From Octopus vulgaris (lineage: Eukaryota): a DNA stretch of 64,000 bases. Below, piece after piece: positions 52,891-64,000 of this stretch (position 1 is its first letter; the number at the start of each line of letters is the position of its first letter). Below the pieces are notes generated by a model, which saw only the letters and a program-made list of their open reading frames with translations, ran no database searches and was not told the origin of the DNA. The stretch is from positions 81,468,001-81,532,000 of the forward strand of contig OX597827.1 of NCBI GenBank assembly GCA_951406725.2, written 5' to 3'. A program made the translations under genes and the position numbers.

Positions 52891-55720
52891 TCATAATTCT
52901 CCAGTCATGATGTCAAACCAGTGATCCTCTTAATAATTGTAGTATTTCCCCCAATGAAAGTGTTCCCTTCCCCTATTATGACCAACAAGTCTTTACAGAA
53001 ATATATCCCTCTCCTTTTCTCCTCTCTGTCGCTTCAAACCAAACCAGCAAAAGACAATAATTCTCTGCTCTTTCTGCGAAGTAATTTGAAACATTTTTCC
53101 AGTTTTATGATACTGACGTTTGTACATTGGCTTGGGCATTCAACAACCTTAAACACATGAAAATATTTATGGGAAATCATAATATGAAGACAGAAATGAA
53201 GTAGTTTTGACATCAAGTAAAGTTTATTAATAACAGTTCATTAGGAAATGGTAAATATTGCTGCTGATAATATTGGAAAAGCTGACAAGTTGAATTGAAG
53301 GTTTCAAAACAATGCACAATAATTATGTCAGAGACATTAATCATTAAATTTTCATTATACCTTTTTTTTTTTAACAATGTGAAAGTAATAAATGATTTAA
53401 ATGGAACATATCTGGCATTTGTTTTGGAAAAAAATACCAAGAATTTTGCTAGTTATCAGGAATGGATTAAGACTCATGGAGGCCCTAAGCATTTAAAAGG
53501 TTTTGTTCCCCCATATATATGTAATTCAAAATAGAAACAATAATGAACCATAAAATAAATTTATGTTTTTTAAAATGAAACTAAACTAACAGAAAGAAAG
53601 AAAATAATATTTTTTTCTACTTTCATTTCATTTATATTGGAAAAGTTTTCTACTACATTTTTTAATTGCTAAATCTTTGAACAGATCCTCACTATGATAC
53701 CATGAATACTCCGAGATTATACTTCCAATAATATCAACCACTCTGAATATTATTTTAGCAATTTTAAATTGATTTCATTTGTGCTGTAAACCATTTACTA
53801 TTTCTGCAGTGTCCCACCCTTCCCTTGATGCTCTAAGCAGGGGCTCATTTTGCTTAATGGTTAATCATTTCCATCGGTAGAAATGATTTCAATAGCAGTC
53901 CTCCAAATGGTAGCAACCACGAGTATAGGGCCGGAAAGTTAAGCAGCCAATGGGAGTTCACCTCAAACATTACAGTTAGATACAATTGTGGGGAAGCTAG
54001 CACCTGAGCAGTGGGAAGGAGAGCAAGGGAGGCAACTGCAACAATCCTTATAGAGATCAGACCAGGTATAGGAATCACTAGAAATAATAGCCTGGAACCC
54101 AAGACGGTAGCCAGAATGTAAGCAATAATAGAGCAATAGTTACACAAATATGGAGAATATTTTGTATGAGCACCGATGGCAAAGGTAGTAGTAATAGGGA
54201 AAGAAATCTCTGTAATTGTGATAAAAATATAATTAGTCCCTTAAATACACAGTGTATGAGGAAGAACTTAGTATACCAATGTAAGATTACATCAAACAGA
54301 AATTCTTACTTTTAATTAGGTGTGACCTCGACAAACTTTAAATTGAGACTGGTAAATCGTTTAAATACATTTAAGAACAGAATTAAGATGAACAAAACTA
54401 GCTTGAACAAGTTTGTCAGTTTGTTAAGGATAAAAATGCTACCTTTAGTATAGAATGGGTAAAAATTAGCACAGCTATACTTTATATAACAGGAGGAAAA
54501 AGAGATGTAACCTGTGCATAGAAGAAAAGTACTAGATTTTTACATCAAAACAACAATTGCTTAACTGTAGACTGGAACAAGTCTTTAGATGTCTGCACCT
54601 GCATGGAAAAACGTGTAAATACTTCCATGTGGATGTTGGGTTGTATGATATCCATTACACAAAGGGGAGGTACCTGAATTTTAGAGGTAAATGTTGGGAC
54701 CATATCTTTATTATCACTAGCTTAAAATATCTTTTTTTTTTGTATATAAATCATAGAAACACACATAGGACATAGTAACTTCCATATAATCTAAAACTCA
54801 ATTAGCAAGTGCACCTTCCTTATGGACATCTTACATAAATATGACAGAATTCTATCGATTAATGTAATTAAATTGAATCTATTTTCATTCAATCTCTTAA
54901 TACATAGATAAAACTGTGTTAAAACATTCAGATATACTTTGGCCTAATTTAATATGGTGAACTCTCAGTTTCATCCTGGAACTAAGGTTAACATGAGGTC
55001 AGATACGGAGTAAACTTTATAGCCATATCAGATGTCAACAGCTCCCTATCAATTTGCTCTTGTATCTCAAACCATAGAAAAATAATGAAATAAGCTGTCT
55101 ATGCACAAAGAAACTCAGTTCACTTTGGACTATGCTTATGGAAAGACATGGAATGAAAATGCAGAGCAGAATAGTGTGGGTTGCCTATGCAAATGCACAT
55201 ACTCTGTGCAGCAGAAACATTTGTTGGTCATTTTAACTACCTAATCATACTGTTTTAATTAACTGTAAAAGAAAAATTCAAAGCTGCACCAGTCTCTACA
55301 TTCTTTGTAATTGTTTTGGGTTTATGCTTCTGAAAATATTCGTAATCCAGTGAAACAAACCTGGATTTACCCATGAGAAGAATTACAGTGGGATTGCTAA
55401 TCCTAAGTGATCTCTGATGCTTCTTACTACTTGATGCTGTTAGCCAGAACCAGGAATGTACCAGAGATCTCTTATAGTACCTGTGTGGATAATTTATCCC
55501 TATATACTCATTGTGTGTGTGTGTGTGATTTGAATAACACCTGCGTTTGACTCCATTTCTTAATTTATCCATGTTATACAAAAGCATTTCACTTAAACCT
55601 GGAATTTCTACCTGTATAAGTAGGCTGTAATATCCTTGGCACTTATGTGAATATTTGCCACTCTGGTAACTATTTATTTTTTCCTTGTTATTTGTATACA
55701 CTGAACAAAAAATACATACA

Positions 55721-55757
<37 letters not shown>

Positions 55758-56635
55758 ATATGTAGTCAATCTAGATTCGTGTAAAAACCTTGTTGAATGC
55801 TGTACAAAGCTCATCCACAATTATTGGCTATCTGATGTCATCATACAGTTGAAATGCTCCTGCTACAGGATATACATCAGGAATCCCATATTATCCATGG
55901 AGTTTATATAAGAAGATGGAATTAACATTTTTTTATGTAAGATCACTACAATTAAGTTTACATAGAGACTCATTCTTGGTGTAATGGCTGTTATTTTTTG
56001 GCAGGGGTGAAGGAAGGCAATTTAGGTGCTTAAAGGAGGCAAAGAAACAGCTGACAGTGACTGAAATAGTCAACTCTCAGCCTACTTATCTCTTTATTAT
56101 TTCTAAACATTTTATTTTATTTTATTTATTCTTTAGTCTGTCTGATACCTTCTTCTTTATAATCTGACTCGTAGATAGAATAGAAGCTTAGAGTCAACCA
56201 GACCCCTTTATTTTCATTTGTCTATATGTGTATATATGTATATATTTTTTAGCTCTGTATTTTGTATTTTTATTGTAATTGTATCGATGGGTTTAGTTTT
56301 GTTTGTGAATGGCTGAGTATACTTTATCAAACTGAGTGAAATGGAGGAAGGATCTACTGAAGAGCTTACTTAAACAATCACCTTAGGAGGTGCATTCAAC
56401 ACTGTCAAAGTAGGATAATGATTGCGCAACATCTCACCTATGTACAACAGGTGTTAGAATGCATTGAAAAAATTGTAGTGATTTTGAATAAAAAATATCA
56501 TTAATTCCATTTTCTTTTATACGTCTGTCTGTCTGTCTGTCTGTCTCTCTGTCTCTCTCTCTCTCTCTCTGTATATATATATATATAATAATAATAATAA
56601 CAATATAAATAATATATAACTATATGCATATATAT

Positions 56636-57000
56636 TCACTGAAGCTCCGGCGTCTGGCGACGGACTTGGTAAACACCCACAAAGTTGTCAACCACCTCAC
56701 CAATAACAACACTGAACACCTTTTTGATCTCCATGTGTCTAACACACGTGGACATGCCCACAAAGTCAGAAAACAACACAGCTCCCATGACTTTCGGAAA
56801 CATTTCTTCACACTCAGAGTTGCTGAAGCATGGAATAAACTGCCTGCGTCAGTTGTTGACTGCCATGACACTGCATCCTTTAAGGCCCTCATGCTTTCCG
56901 AAATCCGTCGAAACTACACCTGATTATATATACACTTTCGATGAGTTGTAGTGCACCTGAGCACTGTACACAATGTTTATTATTATTATTATTATTATTA
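56636..57000 (+). mobile_element. CR1/L2-type LINE 3' fragment with (TTA)n tail, sister subfamily of 8240-9930
   Basis: ORF 56624-56923 LKLRRLATDL...HSSHDFRKHFFTLRVAEAWNKLPASVV matches the C-terminus of the 8392-9297 ORF. Confidence 0.9.
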
Positions 57001-57515
57001 TACATACAAATATGTACATACATACATCTATATGTATATATACATGCATATATGGGTACAGGACATCAAAATAAACATTGAACACAATGAGAAACGAAAA
57101 CATAAAACCAAAAACAGGGAAACAAACTTTTTTTCAAACAACAAAAATACAGAGTACAAGTCATACAACACAAGGAATATTCCCTTTCTTCAGTTGTCCC
57201 TGTTTCGTCTACTCCACGTTTCGAAGATAAGGACAAGATGCAACTTCGTTGAAACAGTCCTTCCCGCAAAGTAAATTAAATAAAATTTGGGATTTTTTGT
57301 GGAGGGGTAAAAGTGGTAACAAGAACAGGACAGTAAGAACAAAACAAGAGAGTAAAAACAGTAAAAGACAGATGTTATTCTCTTTGTTCTATCTTTTACT
57401 ATTTTTTACTGCCATAACTGTGGTTTTACTTGGTTTGATGGGTCTTATCCTCAAGCATGACATAATGCCAAATAAACTCGGTTCTTGCATCTGTGAGGCC
57501 CAGTGTTATATATAC

Positions 57516-57549
<34 letters not shown>

Positions 57550-57806
57550 TACAAGTATGTATGGATGCGTCTTGTAATGCATGCGTCTTCACATTGCAGG
57601 TCTAACAAAATCAACATTAGTCCATCCACCAACAATGCTATCGCACTTCATTCCATAATATACATGGGTATGGGCCCAGTCAGCAGTCATCTGAAACAGC
57701 TGCAAAGACAAGATTTGATTACATCATTTATTTGTATTTGCAACTTTCCATGTAAATACATTCTTTATGCCAACTTTTGTGAGTCTGTCTTTTCTGCTTA
57801 TGTATG

Positions 57807-57839
<33 letters not shown>

Positions 57840-58214
57840 TACTCTTTTACTTGTTTCAGGCATTTGACTGCGGCCATGCTGGAGCACCGCCTTTCAGTCG
57901 AGCAAATCAACCCCGGGACTTATTCTTTGTAAGCCCAGTACTTATTATTTGCCGAACCGCTAAGTGACGGGGACGTAAACACACCAGCATCGGTTGTCAA
58001 GCAATGCTAGGGGGACAAACACAGACACACACATATATATATATACATATATATGACAGGCTTCTTTCAGTTTCCGTCTACCAAATCCACTCACAAGGCA
58101 TTGGTCGGCCTGGGGCTATAGCAGAAGACACTTGCCCAAGATGCCACGCAGTGGGACTGAACCCGGAACCATGTGGTTGGTTAGCAAGCTACTTACCATA
58201 CAGCCACTCCTGCG

Positions 58215-58217
<3 letters not shown>
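57840..58217 (-). mobile_element. Young tRNA-derived SINE
   Basis: Near-identical to 14326-14680; embedded in (TA)n on both sides. Confidence 0.85.
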
Positions 58218-58275
<58 letters not shown>

Positions 58276-61270
58276 ATAAATACACACACACACACAAACA
58301 GACATACACACACACATATTGTATGTATGGGTGTGTATATATATATATATATATTCTAATTGCTGAAACTGCTAGAAATAGCAGTCATATGTTTCATATC
58401 AGTTATTGCAAGACTGAAAAAGAAAAGAGTATTTTGATACAGTATATATTATGAGCCCCTAAAATAATGAGACATTAAGGGTCAGAACACCTTTGATCAC
58501 AGGTCTGCTGAATGTGAGGTTGACCTGGGGCTAAACAACAACAATGACAACAACAGCAGCAGCAGCAGAATGAACAGCAGCAGCAGCAGAGTAATAACAT
58601 CATGTGACACATTGATATATTGATTTTTTTTTTAGAATTGTTTCTCAGAACCAGTGACTACAGCAGTATTTTGCCAACCAGTAGGTTTATATACATTGTT
58701 AACCTCCCACCCCATACAGCCCCCCCACACACACACATAATTTACATTCTGTTATGTATGCACAATATAGATTTCAAATGAAATTATTGAAAAAGTTAAT
58801 AAAATAACATTTTTTATGCATACGTAATCAGATTTTGAATGCTAATTAGCTCAAATAATTAAGCTAGCTAGCAATGGTAAACACTATAGCTATAAATGCC
58901 TCCTAATATAGACATAAGTACTAAATACTATAATCAGCAATAGGAACTATTATAACCAATACTAACTGCTAACTAGTATAACCAGTACCAACTGTAACCA
59001 ACACCAATACTTACTACTACAACCATTACCAATACTAACTAAGTACTTGCAATGCCAATTATTATAACCACCGATATTGGTTTCAGATGTTTGGCACAAG
59101 GCCAGCAATTTCGGGGAAGTAGGGGTAAGTTGATTACATTGACCCCAGTTCTCAACTGGTGTTTGTTTTATTGGCAAAGCTCACTTCAGCAGAATTTGAA
59201 CCCAGAACATAAAGATGGACGGAATTCCATGAAGTATTTTCATTTGGCAATCTAATGATTCTGTCAGGTTGCTGCTTTTAATAAGCACCAATATTGTCTC
59301 CGTTTTCCAAAGATGTTCCTTTTGTAATGAAGCAGGTTGAGATGAGACGATGTGCAAGACATGACGTTGTGCTTCTATGACTGAAATGCCATAGTAAAAT
59401 GCTGTCTCAGTTCCTGAAACAAGGGAAATTTTCCCCTACATTTTAATAGGGTTCATCATGGAAACCTTTGTAGCAAGAATATATCATTATAGGTAGAGGT
59501 CTCAAGATTGGTTGCCTTAGAAATCCAAACATCGCTCAAGAGGTGTCCAATCTCTGTAAACCTTCAGGACAATGGAACAAAGTAGTGAAGGCAACCCCCC
59601 TTTTTCAAGCATTGTGAGCTAGGTGTTAAAAATCGGTAATCTTTAAGAATAAAAATGAATATGAAAGAGATATGTCTAAAAGATATATCATTGCCCAAGG
59701 AATTTACTAAAGAAATGGCAAAGAATAAAGTGTTATATTTCTGTATTCCGAAATACAAAGTGGGTTTCTCTTGTCTCTGAAGAGACAAGTTGGAGAAAAC
59801 CCAGGTCAGTCTGTAGCAGGATGCATGTACTTTTGACTGGAGCAGAGAATATGATGGCATGCACCTAAAATTTAAAACCAAGGATGAGATAAGTAGACAG
59901 GTAGAGCTGTTAAAACTCAATCTTACCTTCTGGAAGATGTCATAATATTTGGGCAGAAGAAACATCAGTGGACCAATAAAATTTGTCTATGGGAACAAAT
60001 GCAGATATTTATAATGTTTAAGTATTCCAAGGAATTAGGTGTGAGAGGTGGATGCTGAAGGACATAATACCAAATGTTGTTAGGAGATAGAGTCATTTAA
60101 GATGACTTCATTGGTCTATTGGAATCATTTATAAAAATATGTTAAACATTACATGGTTCAATTAAGACTGAAGATATTCAACAACAATTTTGGACCGCCA
60201 AATATTTTAGAGGTGATCAGAATTGAGAAAGGTCAGAATAATGAGGTGTCTTGACCCTACCTACATGGTCATTTCTCACCCCTGGGTCAGAAGGTTATCC
60301 TTCACTACATGTATTTTCATGGAATATCAAACATGTTTCAATATATTTTACTGCTTTTGGACTCACCTCCATTTGTTATATGAATGAACAGCTCCACATG
60401 ACTTTCAAATACTTCTCTACAGATTTTTGTTTTATGTATTGAATAAAAATGGATGATTTGTTGTTGTTGTTGTTAATAAAAAAATAATAAATGCGCCCTT
60501 TTAAAGCCTAGCCAGGCTCATGGGACCCGGTTTCCCGGTTTCAATGGCATATGTGTTCCCCAGCTGGACAGGATGCCAGTCCATTGCAGTGTTACTCATT
60601 TTTGCCAACTGAGTGGACTGAAGTAACATGAAATGAAGTGTTTTGCTCAAGAATACAATGCGTCACCCAGTCCAGGAATCGAAACCACAATCTTGCGATC
60701 ATGATGCTGACACCCTAACCACTAAGCCACATGCCTCCACATTATTATTAATAGACAAAAACAAAATGTTTAATGACATTTCTTCTAGCTTTATGTTCTG
60801 AGTTCAAAACTTGCAAAGGTCGGCTTTTCCTTCCAGCTATTCAGGGTCAATAAAATGAAGTACCAGCTCACTACTGGGGATCATTGTAATCAATTAGCCT
60901 CAACCCCAAAGTTTCAGACTTTGTGCCTAAAGTAAAAAGAATTTTTAATGTCATTAATATTGTTATTGATGTTATTATTGTTCTTGTCATCAACGTCTTT
61001 TTTTCCTTCCTCCTAAACTATAAACAATCAGACATCACGTTTTATTTTTCAATCTTTAAAAAAAATCATCTTCATTGATTTTACATATATCTACTATATT
61101 ACCAGAGTTGCACACCAATATATACATACATACACACAAGCATATAGAAATATTTATATATATACACACACATATATATACATATATACAGATGTGTGTA
61201 AATATATATAATGTTCGTGTGTGTGTGTGTATATCTTACCGTTTTTACCAATATATATATATATATGATA

Positions 61271-62148
61271 TGAGGGAGTACCAAAAAGTAACTGGAAATG
61301 TTCTCTGTGGGACAGACCTATTGTAGTTCAGGCTTCCATTATTAGAAGCCCCTTGGTGCAACCTTCAGGCATCAGTCTGCTGTCCAGCATCATCCAGTGA
61401 GATCTTACTGCCATGTGATGCGTCTTTGTTTTGCAGTGCTTCTCCCCTGTTTCGCAATTTTTACGATGGCAGAAACAAAGGAACTTCCATGAAGTGCTTC
61501 CGTGAAATTCTGTTTTCTGCTGGGGAAAATGGCAGCCAAAACAGTTGTCATGCTTCTAACAGCTTACAAGGGCACTACCATGAATGAAACAAAAGCTTAC
61601 AAGTGGGTTTTCGCACTTAGGGAATAATCACTTGTTGCTTGAAGATCAACCTCGTTTAGGACAACCGTCGACCTCCTGAACAAATGAAAACATCATTAAA
61701 TTCATGAACTGAACTTGGAGGGCCATCAATGAACTACTGACAAACTTGTTGATATGATTAGTTTGTCCTGGAGCTCCTACCAACGAATTTTGAGTGAGGA
61801 ATTGCAAAAATGAAAAGAGTTGTAGCAAAATCTGCGCTTCACTTGCTCACAGGAAGATAAAAAGCAGTCACAACTGAAAGAACAATTGGAGGTTGATCAA
61901 GACATTTTTCGAAGGTAAAAACAGATGATGAAAACTGGTGCTATGGAATCTGCAAACATGGAAGAAGTGAAGTAAAAAATGATGAAGGCATTAAAAGGCA
62001 CCACTTCACAAGAGTTCCAGCACTGTTTTGAATAGTGGAAAATGCACCTGGACTGATGTATTGCTTCAAATGGAGAATACTTAAACATGTAACACCAAGT
62101 GAATAAAATGATATTGCAAAATTCTGGTTTCTTTTGGGTACTCCCTCG
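61271..62148 (+). mobile_element. Internally deleted mariner element with both TIRs and TA target duplication
   Basis: ta|tgagggagtaccaaaaagtaactggaa ... ttctggtttcttttgggtactccctcg|ta. Relics VKFCFLLGKMAAKTV, EDQPRLGQPST, DENWCYG and CIASNGEY. Confidence 0.85.
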
Positions 62149-62254
62149 TATATATAATTTAATTACAGGGCACAATACATGTACTTAAGTGCTACTAATA
62201 GTTTCATATGTTGAGAAATACTCAGACATATTCTTCAGGCACAAACCATAGTGC

Positions 62255-62292
<38 letters not shown>

Positions 62293-62571
62293 ACATGCTA
62301 AGATCAGAGCCAAGGCTCCATAACCGCCATAAACTCTCAAAACAGATACGCATGAGCAATGCAATGTGTGTATCTTTGTGGCTCATGTGTTTCTTCTTTA
62401 TTGTGAGTTTATGGTGGCTGTGGAGCCTTCGCTCTGATTTTAGCAAGTGGTATTATATACCCTACTGAATCTAAATTTGCCTTATATTGTGACTGTAATG
62501 ACGTGAATTTGCTGGCCACCTTATTATTACCTTATTAATACCATTAATAATGGTAATAATACATCTCTGAC

Positions 62572-63360
62572 TGGCCCCCGTGTTGGTGGCACGTAAAAAG
62601 CATCCACTACACTCTTGGAGTGGTTGGTGTTAGGGAGGGCATCCAGCTGTAGAAACTCTGCAAGACCAAGATTGGAGCCTGGTGCAGCCATCTGGCTCAC
62701 CAGCCCTCAGTCAAAATCGTCCAACCCATGCTAGCATGGAAAGCGGACGTTAAACGATGATGATATACCATCATCATCAACATCTTTGTTTGACATCTGC
62801 TTTCCATGCTGGATTTGGTTGGACAGTTTGACTGACAACTGGCAAGCCGGGAGGCTGCACCAGGCTCCAATCTGATTTAGCACGGTTTTTACAGCTGGAT
62901 GCCCTTCCTAGCTCCAACCACTGTGAGACTGTAGCAGGTGCTTTTACATGTCAACGGCATGGGAGCCAGTCATTTGGCACTGGCATCAGCCATACACAAA
63001 TGATGCCTTTTATATGCCACTTGGGCAGCACAGGCATCGGCCACACTCAAATAGTACATTTTACATGCCACCGGCACGGGTGCCTGTCAGGCGGCAGTGG
63101 CATCAGCCACGCTCCAATGTTGCATTTTATGTGTCACAGGTAGTGGTGCCAGTCAGGCAGCACTGGCATCAGTCATGCTTGAATGGTGCTTTTTACATGC
63201 CACTGGCTTGGGTGCCAGTTGGTTGGCACTGTCACTGGCCATGACTACAATCTCACTCAGTTCAACAGGTCTTCACAAGCACGGCATATTGCCCAACGAT
63301 TGGAGGGTGCTTTTTTAAACAGGCCAGTTATGCAACACTGCCATCGGCCATGACTGTGAT
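62572..63360. mobile_element. Tail-to-tail pair of (GAT)n-tailed retroposons, the second with an internal tandem array
   Basis: 62572-62765 (+) faces 62768-63360 (-); variants of the unit gcttttacatgccac...ggcatcagcca repeat several times. Confidence 0.8.
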
Positions 63361-64000
63361 CTCATATATATACACTTTTCCATTTGTGTGTTGCAGTGCA
63401 CACGAGTCCATCCTTGGACAGTTTTGCCGAAAGCGTCCCATTGGAAGAAGTTTCTCCATTCATCATTCAGACGTTTTTGTACTGTACAACGTAATTGAGA
63501 AGGGTTGTGGAGAGATAAAAAGTTAATACTCAACCTGTGTATACAGCTGGTATTATATTTATCAAACCATATAAGTATGAAATTCACAGTTGAGGTTGGC
63601 GAAATTTGAACTCAGAGTGCAGACAACCGGAACAAATACTGTAAGACATTTGAGCTGACATTTTAATGACTCTGACAATTTAACATACACACATTATCTT
63701 TACAAAATAATAGCCAATATAAATGTTGGTTGGTTGGTTACTCCCTTCACAGAGATGGGATGAGAGGGTCAAGAGAATTAGAGAGAGAGTTCCCGTAAGA
63801 GGTGGCCCACGAGTGTACATACTAGGATTTCTGGCAGGCAAGGAGTAATGGAATGCTATACCCACTTCCTCATACACCCAACCATCCACATGCATACATA
63901 CACACAAAGGCACACTGTGAGACAGGAAAAATAAAAGAGACAGAGTGGGGAAGGAGTAAATGAAAAAGTAGTAGTAAGAGGAAGAGTTACAAAAATGAGA

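Noticed and set aside
58530-58610. CAA/CAG run resembling the Pcdh leader exons
   Set aside because: It lacks the ATGGAT...ATGGAG|GT end and follows a repeat also seen at ~39716-39890, so it is likely that repeat's tail.
53450-60370. Possible hAT relic (~53450-53860) and very old LINE relics (~54100-55000, ~59300-60370; also ~32950-33700)
   Set aside because: Only faint motif hints are visible, and they cannot be classified or bounded without a profile search.

Overview
Repeat- and microsatellite-rich animal DNA, most likely a coleoid cephalopod (octopus-like); the taxon is inferred from the protocadherin style and repeat landscape. The window holds a + strand tandem protocadherin array: copy A (large exon ~2150-4777, with a 1-nt frameshift at ~2652), intact copy B (large exon 29886-32340) and a decayed copy C (~43196-44100). 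Reading splice signals by eye suggests a repeated three-part unit that the ORF track misses: a leader exon ending in a 6-codon uORF start (MDGKME|gt at 21534-21551, MDDRME|gt at 40011-40028), one large exon (signal peptide, 6 cadherin repeats, TM, tail), and a terminal micro-exon (LPTRIKK* at 20178-20201, LPTRIKR* at 35859-35882). A and B are about 97% identical in protein from mid-EC1 onward, with DNA identity running to just past the splice donor, but they differ strongly in the signal peptide and first half of EC1, consistent with gene conversion. C carries a nearly pristine 409-bp patch of the same sequence. The remaining DNA is Penelope-like elements with hammerhead-ribozyme motifs (including an apparent G3-C8 core-swapped variant in an inverted pair), CR1/L2-type and RLE-type LINE relics, Tc1/mariner relics, MITEs, SINEs and (TA)n-centred palindromes. 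Most short ORFs in the track are microsatellite artefacts. All comparisons were made by eye; no alignment, folding or database search was run, and repeat boundaries are approximate.
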